Of a stretch of 64,000 nt of DNA, positions 46,407-54,521 are shown in pieces; position 1 is the first letter of the stretch, and every line of letters begins with the position of its first letter. A model generated the notes under the pieces. It had not been told where the DNA came from, searched no databases, and worked only from the letters and a program-made list of their open reading frames with translations. This DNA comes from Clostridia bacterium (lineage in GTDB: Bacteria; Bacillota; Clostridia; Oscillospirales; UBA644). The position numbers were made by a program, and so were the translations under genes. The stretch lies in contig JAGASR010000012.1 of NCBI GenBank assembly GCA_017621705.1, positions 36,127 through 100,126 on the forward strand, read 5' to 3'.

Positions 46407-46936
46407 TTTATTCGTTTATATTTTTCATAATTACGTGACATCATACCGAATGCAATCATTTCACGTCGAATTGTACAAAAATCATCATGATAATGCAAAA
46501 TGATCTCGTTGACTTCTTTTTCATCATACATACGGTCAAAATCAAACTGTTTAAGTATTTCAGAAAGAACGATCTCACGCTTTTTTCTTTGAGTGGGAAT
46601 TTGCGTCAATCTGCCGTATTTGAAAAAGTTTGAAATGACCTCTTTTTTATACTTTTCTTCTGTATCTATAATTACTTTATCTTTTTTTATCAATTCCAAA
46701 AGTGGTTTTTCAAAAATCTCACGGTTCAGAGAATAGATAATGTAGAATTGTGAACGGGAACAGTTAACAATCCCCGCCGCTTCCATTTTTTTCAGATGAT
46801 AACAAATGGTGGCAGGTGTCAGTGACAGTTCACATGCAATTTTTTCCACGTATGAATCCTCTTTTAAAAGAAGGTTGAGAATATCAAGACGGGTTTCATC
46901 AGCAAGCAACTTTAAAAGTTCAAGCTTTTCTTTCAC
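46403..46936 (-). CDS. ArsR-family HTH fused to a DUF2087-like domain
   Basis: LADETRLDILNLL and TICYHLKKMEAAGIV; C-terminal IPTQRKKR, YDEKEVNEII and DFCTIRREMI. Confidence 0.8.
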   Translation of the reverse strand: MKEKLELLKLLADETRLDILNLLLKEDSYVEKIACELSLTPATICYHLKKMEAAGIVNCSRSQFYIIYSLNREIFEKPLLELIKKDKVIIDTEEKYKKEVISNFFKYGRLTQIPTQRKKREIVLSEILKQFDFDRMYDEKEVNEIILHYHDDFCTIRREMIAFGMMSRNYEKYKRIK

Positions 46937-47466
46937 TGTACTTCACCCTTTCTCTTCTGCCAGGCATCGTTAAGACACTCTTTTGCAAATTGTAATCCAC
47001 CGATACGTTCTTCAAGTTCAACTTTCTCCCAATCGTTTGCATTCTGTTTCTTAATATTGAGAGAAGAAAGCTCTCTATCCGTAAAAACCAGCGCCATATA
47101 ATACAAACTATAATCAGGTTTTTCATCCGCAGAGGCAGATTCATACAAAGACAAATATTCAGAATGCTCTTTGAACATTTCATCAAAAGGTTGTATCAAG
47201 TAATGATATTTTTCAAGGTTGAACTCTGTCCGGCATTCGTTATTATTATAAATAATACTGTGAATTAAGGATACAGCTGCATAGCGGTATTTGGCACATT
47301 TATATTCTGCAATGTTTTTCTTCTTCTCTGCAGGCATTTTATCAAGATTATTCGTAAAATCATGAAGCCTTCTGCACTCTTTGCGAAAACAATCATCGGC
47401 TAAAAGATAGAAAACAGAATTTCCGATCACTTTTCCGTTTAATACGTGAATTGAATAATCGTTCAT
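46933..47466 (-). CDS. Hypothetical protein
   Basis: 177-aa ORF translationally coupled on both sides; no family recognised. Confidence 0.7.
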   Translation of the reverse strand: MNDYSIHVLNGKVIGNSVFYLLADDCFRKECRRLHDFTNNLDKMPAEKKKNIAEYKCAKYRYAAVSLIHSIIYNNNECRTEFNLEKYHYLIQPFDEMFKEHSEYLSLYESASADEKPDYSLYYMALVFTDRELSSLNIKKQNANDWEKVELEERIGGLQFAKECLNDAWQKRKGEVQ

Positions 47467-47469
47467 TAA

Positions 47470-47961
47470 TTAACACTCCTTTTCAAAAGCGAAAGCAAAC
47501 AAATTGTTTTGAACGCGGAAGTCTCGCCACATATTCAAAATATCGTCGAGTACTTCTTTTTTGATTCTTGCCTTAAAGATCGTTTGCGGATCTCCATCCT
47601 TCTCGGCTTGTTCAAGATCGTTATTGTATGTATTATAGAAGTTGACTCTCATAAAAACTTCGGGGTAGAGCGAAATCTCCATGAGTTCTTTTTGATCATC
47701 AGGCAACGTGTAATAATAGTCAGCAAGGTCTGGAAAATGCTGTATTAAATTCTTAAATCTCTCGCTCATCAGTTCGATTGCCCGATCTATTCCTGAGATG
47801 AGCCCGGCGGCAACAGCAACATTATAAATACCGACCTTTAGTTGCAAAGCTCCTCGTTCCGTAGGATGATGTTTATCTACTAATGACGCATCCTCTTTAC
47901 AAGCATTATGCTTTTCTTTTGTAATAGTCCATAACCCGTTAAATATTTCTTGCTTGTTCAT
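47470..47961 (-). CDS. Hypothetical protein
   Basis: Start at MNKQE after AAAGGT; first gene of the operon; no family recognised. Confidence 0.7.
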   Translation of the reverse strand: MNKQEIFNGLWTITKEKHNACKEDASLVDKHHPTERGALQLKVGIYNVAVAAGLISGIDRAIELMSERFKNLIQHFPDLADYYYTLPDDQKELMEISLYPEVFMRVNFYNTYNNDLEQAEKDGDPQTIFKARIKKEVLDDILNMWRDFRVQNNLFAFAFEKEC

Positions 47962-48001
47962 ATAGAATATCAACCTTTCTATTGTTTTCGTCCACACTGA
48001 T

Positions 48002-48030
48002 ATTATACACATCTAATCACTTTTTGTCAA
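48002..48030 (-). promoter_or_regulatory. sigma-A promoter TTGACA-N17-TATAAT
   Basis: Perfect consensus on the minus strand. Confidence 0.8.
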
Positions 48031-48175
48031 GAGTGTTTTGATGAATTTCTAATCAGTTAAACCAATGGTTTTAAAAAATACTTTTAATTATGAACAAGCA
48101 GATATTAATAGCACGTCATCGCATAAAAAATCAAGACTAAATTGTGTTTTTCGTTTATAATGTTTTTATGGAGGG

Positions 48176-49099
48176 ATGAAAATGGATTGGATTCAAGGAA
48201 TACAGCAAGCAATAGATTACATTGAAGAGCATATTACCGAAGATATCGATTACGAAGAAGCGGCGAAGCGTGCGTACTCGTCGAGTTTTCATTTTCAAAG
48301 GGTCTTTGGAATAATGTGCGGCTTTACGCTGGGTGAATATATTCGGCGAAGAAGATTGACCCTTGCAGGAAATGAACTTTTGACGAAAGACATCAAAGTG
48401 ATAGATGTTGCGTTAAAATACGGATACGAAACACCGGAAAGTTTCTCAAGAGCTTTTCAGAAATTTCATGGAATAGCGCCATCTCAAGTAAAAACCGGTT
48501 GCAATCTAAAATCATTTTCACGTCTCTGCGTAAAAATCGAATTAATTGGAGGAACTGAAATGAACTACAAGATCGAAAAAAAAGACGAGCTTATTTTGAT
48601 GGGATACAAAAGACGTTTTTCGGGCGTTCCTTACGGTGAAGAACGGAAAAAACAAGAGGCAGAATTCTCTATGACGACAAGAGCAAAGCAATGGCTTCTG
48701 ATGGGAGCGTCTTCAAATTACGAGAATGAGTACTGCATCGTTACGAATATTGGTGACGACGGATACGATTTTTATATTGCATATGAAGTTGATGAATGGA
48801 CAACGAAAAACATGTTCGACTCAAAAATAACGGGAGTAGATTTCATGGATCAAATGGGGTTTGAAATTCTGTCTGTTCCGAAACAAACTTATGCCGTATT
48901 TGAAACGGAAAGAAAAAAATATCCGATACCTGAATACGTTGATATCCGCCAAAAGATCGTAACCGAATGGTTTCCGACTCGTGACATTGCAATGTCAAAC
49001 GGTCCGGAGGTAGTAATTCTCCACTGGAGAATCAAAGAAAAGAGAGAATGGGCAAAAAACAGATATATAGAGATCTGCCTGCCTATTGAAAAGAAATAA
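48176..49099 (+). CDS. AraC-family regulator with a GyrI-like domain
   Basis: SSFHFQRVF, YIRRRRLT and YGYETPESFSRAFQKFHG. Confidence 0.92.
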   Translation: MKMDWIQGIQQAIDYIEEHITEDIDYEEAAKRAYSSSFHFQRVFGIMCGFTLGEYIRRRRLTLAGNELLTKDIKVIDVALKYGYETPESFSRAFQKFHGIAPSQVKTGCNLKSFSRLCVKIELIGGTEMNYKIEKKDELILMGYKRRFSGVPYGEERKKQEAEFSMTTRAKQWLLMGASSNYENEYCIVTNIGDDGYDFYIAYEVDEWTTKNMFDSKITGVDFMDQMGFEILSVPKQTYAVFETERKKYPIPEYVDIRQKIVTEWFPTRDIAMSNGPEVVILHWRIKEKREWAKNRYIEICLPIEKK

Positions 49100-49139
49100 A
49101 AAGAAATACAATAAACATCTTATCAAAATCTATGCGTTA

Positions 49140-49168
49140 TTGACAAACAGACCTATATATGGTATACT
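49140..49168 (+). promoter_or_regulatory. sigma-A promoter TTGACA-N17-TATACT
   Basis: Consensus boxes with no ORF before the next terminator. Confidence 0.75.
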
Positions 49169-49174
49169 TTTATT

Positions 49175-49314
49175 GTAAATGAATATACTTACATTAAGCA
49201 CAATTGAGGTCGGAAAAGGTTCCCGACACACTTCTTTGAAGTACCTGAGATGATGGATACACCGCCCATCCTATTGTGCTTATTAAAAGTCTCTATTGGG
49301 GCTTTTATTTTTTT
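49175..49314 (+). ncRNA. Candidate structured ncRNA (multi-stem junction plus terminator)
   Basis: 10-bp closing stem TAAGCACAAT/ATTGTGCTTA encloses three hairpins, followed by a terminator hairpin and T tract. Confidence 0.6.
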
Positions 49315-49360
49315 GCACTTTTGATCTCTAAAAACAGATGAGATCGGAAGTGCTTTTTTA

Positions 49361-49389
49361 TTGACAACCTGATATAAAGGTGATATAAT
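49361..49389 (+). promoter_or_regulatory. sigma-A promoter TTGACA-N17-TATAAT (extended -10)
   Basis: Perfect consensus upstream of the SGNH gene. Confidence 0.8.
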
Positions 49390-49436
49390 TAAATCGGAAG
49401 ATCCTCAAAAAAGAGGAAATACAAAAAGCGAAAGTT

Positions 49437-50159
49437 GTGGTTAAAATGAAATTAAATAAAAAAGATACAGTTTTATTCATCGGCGACTCGATAACGCACG
49501 GCGGAAGAGGTCTTTGCATGGACCTCAATCATATAATGGGTCATGGATATGCGGAAATGGTCTGCGCAAGACTTGCGGCGGACAATCTTGAAAAAATGCC
49601 GAAATTTATAAATAAGGGCATTTCGGGACAGTCGACGCAGGATATTGCGGCGCGCTGGGACGAGGATGTTTTGAAATACAGACCGAACGTTGTAAGCCTG
49701 CTCACGGGAATCAACGATATTATGAGAAATATCGAAGTACCCCTCGAAGAATTTGTAAAAAATTATCTTGACACGGTCGAAATGCTGATAAAAAAGACGA
49801 AAGATGCGATCCCGGATGTCAAATTCATTCTTTGCGAGCCGTTTTACCTTGATTCGAGGACGGACGGAGACCCGTATGAAGATATTCCGAGCGCCAAATG
49901 CGAAGCCGACTTTATTTTCGGAAACATCAACACGACCGACGAGATCGTAAAAAACTATTATGAACGCATTGCTCCTATGCAGAAAGGACTTCCGATCATA
50001 GCAGAAAAATACGGTCTTACGTATGTTCCGTTTCAGGATATATTTGACGAATGGGCAAAAAAGGTGGCTCCGTCATATCTTATATGGGATAACGTTCATC
50101 CTACGATGGCAGGTCACAGACTGATGGCTGACAGATGGCTTGAAACCGTTGAATTTTAA
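49437..50159 (+). CDS. SGNH/GDSL family hydrolase
   Basis: LFIGDSIT, NKGISG, LTGIND and DNVHPTMAGH. Confidence 0.9.
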   Translation: MVKMKLNKKDTVLFIGDSITHGGRGLCMDLNHIMGHGYAEMVCARLAADNLEKMPKFINKGISGQSTQDIAARWDEDVLKYRPNVVSLLTGINDIMRNIEVPLEEFVKNYLDTVEMLIKKTKDAIPDVKFILCEPFYLDSRTDGDPYEDIPSAKCEADFIFGNINTTDEIVKNYYERIAPMQKGLPIIAEKYGLTYVPFQDIFDEWAKKVAPSYLIWDNVHPTMAGHRLMADRWLETVEF

Positions 50160-50180
50160 ACGATCGGGGAGACGTTTCGA

Positions 50181-51791
50181 ATGAAGGAATATGACCGAAA
50201 CCAAGAGCGGACCGGTATACAGGAAGCGGCGGCGTACAGCTCTGAATTTGATGTACAGTGCGATTTCGTAATGGTCTACGGAGTTAATGACATTAAAAAA
50301 CGTGTAAAAAAATGGAAAGAAAAAGGGTATGTCATTCATCTTATGACAGGTGTTTCATGGGGAAGTTACAATGACTACCTTTTCGGCAAATTCGACGGAA
50401 TTGACCACACGGATGAAGGTCAGCGAAAAAAGGACAGTGAAATAAAACACGGCGGAAATATTCCGTATATGGTACCGTCAAACTCATTTGCGCATTTTCT
50501 TGCGGAAAAGCTCAAGGGAGCAGTCGATGCGGGAGTTGAAGCGATACATCTTGAAGAGCCTGAATTCTGGGTCGAAGCGGGATATTCGGAAGCGTTCAAA
50601 CGAGAATGGCAGATATATTACAAAGAGCCGTGGCAAGATCCGCAAAGCTCATGCGACGCGCAGTACAGAGCCTCGAAGTTAAAGCAGTATCTTTACACGA
50701 GGACGCTTGACCGCTTATGCTCGGAGCTTAAAGAATACGCAATGGTAAAATACGGACGTCTTCTTCGGTTTTACGTTCCGACCCATTCGCTGATAAACTA
50801 TTCTCAATGGAAGATAATCTCTCCCGAATCGTCGCTTATCGATCTGCCGACGATAGACGGCTACATTGCGCAGATATGGACGGGAACATCAAGACCGCCG
50901 AACTACTACCGAGGCGTAAAAAAAGAGCGTACGTTTGAGACGGCGTTTCTTGAATACGGGGTTATGCAGGAGCTTGTTCGAGGCACCGGAAGAAAAATGT
51001 GGTTTCTTGCGGACCCGATAGAAGACGATCAGCGGCACACATGGCAGGATTACCGTGAGAATTATTACAAAACGGTCGTCGCATCGCTGTTTCAGCCGGA
51101 AGTTTCAAGCTACGAGGTTTGCCCGTGGCCGAGACGTGTAATGCAGGGAAAACACATTGAAAACGAAGAAACGGCAAGAAAGATCGATGTTCAAAAGAAA
51201 AAATGGATCGAATACGGCAACGACATAAAAGATTTCACGATCCCCGACGAACTCATGATAAAAATACCGCCCGAATACAAAACAAATCTTCTGACCGTTA
51301 TGCACACGCTTCGGGACATGGCAGACCAACCTGACAGCGAATGGATAACGAAAACACCTGAAGTCGGCTTATTGATGGCGGACTCTGCGATGTTTCAACG
51401 GATATGCCCCGAAGACGGTGGAGATGACAGCATTGAATTCACATCATTCTACGGTCTTTCTCTTCCGCTGTTGAAATCGGGAATTGCGGTGCGTCCCGTT
51501 CAGTTAGACAACATAAGAAGATTTGCAACGTATCTTGACGGTTACAGCGTGCTTGTTTTATCGTACGAATACATGAAGCCGTCATCGCCCGATATAAACC
51601 AGGCGATCGCGGGTTGGGTAAAAAACGGCGGCATTGCTGACAGGCATATCGACCTTTACTGGGCGATATGGACACTTGAATTCAACCTGAAAACCGATAA
51701 ATATGCCTCCCGTTTTATCGATGCATACGGGAGAGACAAAATTGAAAAAGAAAAACTAAAACTGATCTCGGCGATCGAGGCGTTTGGATAA
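50181..51791 (+). CDS. Hypothetical GH-like/TIM-barrel protein, apparently truncated and fused to an unrelated C-terminus
   Basis: Body has IHLEEPEF, YVPTHSL and WTGTSR; after WVKNGG the sequence switches to an APH-like tail. Confidence 0.65.
   Translation: MKEYDRNQERTGIQEAAAYSSEFDVQCDFVMVYGVNDIKKRVKKWKEKGYVIHLMTGVSWGSYNDYLFGKFDGIDHTDEGQRKKDSEIKHGGNIPYMVPSNSFAHFLAEKLKGAVDAGVEAIHLEEPEFWVEAGYSEAFKREWQIYYKEPWQDPQSSCDAQYRASKLKQYLYTRTLDRLCSELKEYAMVKYGRLLRFYVPTHSLINYSQWKIISPESSLIDLPTIDGYIAQIWTGTSRPPNYYRGVKKERTFETAFLEYGVMQELVRGTGRKMWFLADPIEDDQRHTWQDYRENYYKTVVASLFQPEVSSYEVCPWPRRVMQGKHIENEETARKIDVQKKKWIEYGNDIKDFTIPDELMIKIPPEYKTNLLTVMHTLRDMADQPDSEWITKTPEVGLLMADSAMFQRICPEDGGDDSIEFTSFYGLSLPLLKSGIAVRPVQLDNIRRFATYLDGYSVLVLSYEYMKPSSPDINQAIAGWVKNGGIADRHIDLYWAIWTLEFNLKTDKYASRFIDAYGRDKIEKEKLKLISAIEAFG
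51624..51791 (+). pseudogene. 3' fragment of an aminoglycoside-phosphotransferase (APH/choline kinase)-family gene
   Basis: NGGIADRHIDLYWAIWTLEFNLKTDKYASRFIDAYG resembles the APH C-terminal G(V/I)ADR(Y/H)xD motif region. Confidence 0.6.
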
Positions 51792-51792
51792 A

Positions 51793-51828
51793 AAAGAACA
51801 GCACGGAATGATTTCTGTGCTGTTCTTT
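51793..51828. terminator. Bidirectional terminator
   Basis: AAAGAACAGCACGGAA...TTCTGTGCTGTTCTTT. Confidence 0.8.
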
Positions 51829-51871
51829 ACATTATATTATATTTATTTTTAAGAATAAATTGGGCAGAATA

Positions 51872-52531
51872 TCAGAGAAGTTCGAAATGGTTTTTACGGT
51901 TATCGATGATGCCCTCTTTTTTTAGTTTGCCGATCTCGACGGAAAGGCCGCTTCGATCGACATCGAGGTAATCGGCAAGTTCCTGGCGGTCAAAAGGGAT
52001 ATCGAAAGAAGGGCTGTTTGCCTTTTTTGACTGAAACATAAGATAAGCGAGCAGTTTTTCGCGCGTCGAACGTTTGGAAGTTATCTCGATTTTCTGATGA
52101 AAAAGTATGGTTTTAACGGCAAGGTCCTTCATGAGATTAAAAATGAGCTGTTGGTGAAATCCGCAGTTATTTTTACAGGTATGAAGGATATGATCGCAGT
52201 CGATAAGCATGATTTCCGACGGTTCGTTTGCAATTACGGAAACGGGCATCGCCGTAATTTCAGCGCATGCAAAAGCCTCTGCGAAGACCTCGGAGGGGCC
52301 GATCTCGGAAAGGATACTGCGGTTGCCGTAATAATCGACCTGATAGATCTGCGCGGAGCCCGAAAGAACGATACCTATATGTCTTGCAGGCGACCCCTCG
52401 GCAAAGATCGTATATTTTTTATCGAACGAAACGACTTTTGCCCCGAGGCAACCGAGCATTACAAAGAGATCGTCGGCAGATATATTTTCAAAAAGCTTGC
52501 AGTTTTTCAGAACATCTAAATATTTTTTCAT
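51872..52531 (-). CDS. Crp/Fnr-family regulator (HcpR-like)
   Basis: IFAEGS, GIVLSG and FAEAFA; C-terminal TREKLLAYL and DRQELADYLDVDRSGLSVEIGKL. Confidence 0.9.
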   Translation of the reverse strand: MKKYLDVLKNCKLFENISADDLFVMLGCLGAKVVSFDKKYTIFAEGSPARHIGIVLSGSAQIYQVDYYGNRSILSEIGPSEVFAEAFACAEITAMPVSVIANEPSEIMLIDCDHILHTCKNNCGFHQQLIFNLMKDLAVKTILFHQKIEITSKRSTREKLLAYLMFQSKKANSPSFDIPFDRQELADYLDVDRSGLSVEIGKLKKEGIIDNRKNHFELL

Positions 52532-52600
52532 TAATGAATAATATCTTTCGCCGATGCGAAAGCCTCCTTATGGGGTAAAAATTTATTTTTCATCTTATTT

Positions 52601-52643
52601 TGTTGAAAATTCAACATACTTTTTGATTTAATTATACTATAAT
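52601..52643 (+). promoter_or_regulatory. Dyad TGTTGA-N4-TCAACA upstream of a TATAAT box with a poor -35
   Basis: Dyad 52601-52616, -10 at 52638-52643; dyad centre falls at about -41.5. Confidence 0.65.
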
Positions 52644-52706
52644 ATTCTCAAGAAATCAAGATGACAGAAAAAAATATTTTGATTTCAAACAAGAAAGGGA
52701 TAAACG

Positions 52707-53732
52707 ATGAAAATCGCTTTTTTCGATACAAAACCTTACGATAAGCCGTCTTTCGATAAATTCGGAAAAGAAAACGGCATCGAATTCAAATATTTTGAGA
52801 CAAAACTCAATGAAGACACGGCAGAGCTTGCAAACGGTGCAGACGGAGTCTGCGTATTCGTAAACGATACGGTAAATGCGAAAGTTATAGACAGGCTTTG
52901 TGAGCTCGGAGTCAAAGCGATCGCCTTAAGATGTGCGGGCTTTAACAATGTCGATATGAAATACGCCTACGGCAAGATCCACGTTTTGAGAGTCCCGGCA
53001 TATTCGCCATACGCAGTTGCGGAGCACGCGATGGCGATGCTTTTAACCTCGATAAGAAGGATACACAAAGCATATATCAGAACGAGAGACTTCAACTTCA
53101 GCCTTGTCAACATGACCGGATTTGACCTTCACGGAAAGACGGTCGGAGTTATCGGAACGGGACGGATCGGCAGAGTTTTTATTGATATCTGCAAAGGTTT
53201 CGGAATGAAAGTTCTTGCATACGATAAATTCCCGGCAAAAGATCTGCAAAACGCAGAATACACGACACTCGACGAGATATTCAGACAAAGCGATATAATC
53301 TCACTGCACTGCCCGTTGACGGAAGAAACGTACCACATGATAGACGAAGAAAGTCTTGAGAAATGCAAAAAGGGCGTTGTGATAATAAATACATCGCGCG
53401 GAGCGCTCGTTGATGCGGAAGCACTGCTTTCGGGGATTAAAAATAAGAAAGTCGGAGCGGCGTGTCTGGACGTTTACGAAGAGGAATCGGAACTGTTTTT
53501 CGAAGACTATTCGGGGCACATAATGCAGGACGATACGCTTGCAAGACTGATCTCGATGCCGAACGTTATAGTAACCTCACATCAGGCATTTCTTACGGAA
53601 GAAGCGCTTTACAACATAGCGGAGACGACTGTAAATAATTTAGTTGATATATTCAAAAACGGCAGCTGTCCTAACGAACTTTGCTACAAAGGCGGAGTTG
53701 CGGAAGACTGCAAGAGCGGAAAATGTTTTTAA
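52707..53732 (+). CDS. ldhA: D-lactate dehydrogenase / D-2-hydroxyacid dehydrogenase
   Basis: ALRCAGFNNVD, YSPYAVAEH, GVIGTGRIG, INTSRG, LDVYEEE and VTSHQAF. Confidence 0.9.
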   Translation: MKIAFFDTKPYDKPSFDKFGKENGIEFKYFETKLNEDTAELANGADGVCVFVNDTVNAKVIDRLCELGVKAIALRCAGFNNVDMKYAYGKIHVLRVPAYSPYAVAEHAMAMLLTSIRRIHKAYIRTRDFNFSLVNMTGFDLHGKTVGVIGTGRIGRVFIDICKGFGMKVLAYDKFPAKDLQNAEYTTLDEIFRQSDIISLHCPLTEETYHMIDEESLEKCKKGVVIINTSRGALVDAEALLSGIKNKKVGAACLDVYEEESELFFEDYSGHIMQDDTLARLISMPNVIVTSHQAFLTEEALYNIAETTVNNLVDIFKNGSCPNELCYKGGVAEDCKSGKCF

Positions 53733-53745
53733 CGGAGGTCCCAAA

Positions 53746-54444
53746 ATGATAAGAAAGATAATTAAGATAGACGAAGAAAAATGTAACGGTTGCGGAGCTT
53801 GCGCGGCGGCATGCCACGAAGGCGCAATCGAGATGATAAACGGCAAGGCAAAGCTTACAAGAGAAGATTACTGCGACGGTCTCGGTGACTGTCTGCCCGC
53901 CTGCCCGACAAACGCAATAACTTTTGAGGAGCGCGAAGCGCCCGAGTACGACGAAGAAGCGGTAAAGAAAGCGAAGGTAAAGAAAATGAGCGAAAAACTC
54001 CCCTGCGGCTGCCCCGGAACAAATTCGAAATCGATAAAGAGAGACTGCACCGTAACAGCTGCAAAGCCCGTAAACATAACAAGTCAGCTTTCCCAGTGGC
54101 CCTGCCAGATCAAGCTTGTCCCTGTAAACGCACCGTATTTTGAGGATGCAAATCTCCTTATTGCCGCAGACTGCACGGCTTACGCATACGGAAATTTCCA
54201 CAACGAATTTATCAGAAACCATATAACCCTGATCGGCTGTCCGAAGCTTGATGAAGGCGACTACACAGAAAAGCTCACGCAAATAATTGCAAGAAACAAC
54301 ATAAAGAGCGTCAAAGTAGTCAGAATGGAAGTTCCTTGCTGCGGCGGCATAGAAAATGCAGTTAAAAGAGCCCTGATGGCAAGCGGAAAATTTATTCCGT
54401 GGCAGGTAATAACGATCTCGACCGACGGAAAAATTCTCGAATAA
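53746..54444 (+). CDS. 4Fe-4S ferredoxin-type iron-sulfur protein (family often encoded with hcp)
   Basis: CNGCGACAAAC, CDGLGDCLPACP, GCPG, QWPCQIKL, ADCTAY, GCPKLD and MEVPCC. Confidence 0.88.
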   Translation: MIRKIIKIDEEKCNGCGACAAACHEGAIEMINGKAKLTREDYCDGLGDCLPACPTNAITFEEREAPEYDEEAVKKAKVKKMSEKLPCGCPGTNSKSIKRDCTVTAAKPVNITSQLSQWPCQIKLVPVNAPYFEDANLLIAADCTAYAYGNFHNEFIRNHITLIGCPKLDEGDYTEKLTQIIARNNIKSVKVVRMEVPCCGGIENAVKRALMASGKFIPWQVITISTDGKILE

Positions 54445-54521
54445 AAAATTCAAAATAGCATTGAAATTTATTGAAAAATGTGGTATACTTAATATACGAA
54501 AAAAAAGCAAAGGACATTACC

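Noticed and set aside
39816-49100. Integrative element inserted at tRNA-Ser
   Set aside because: No integrase, no second copy of the tRNA 3' end in direct orientation, and the downstream genes include housekeeping coaX.
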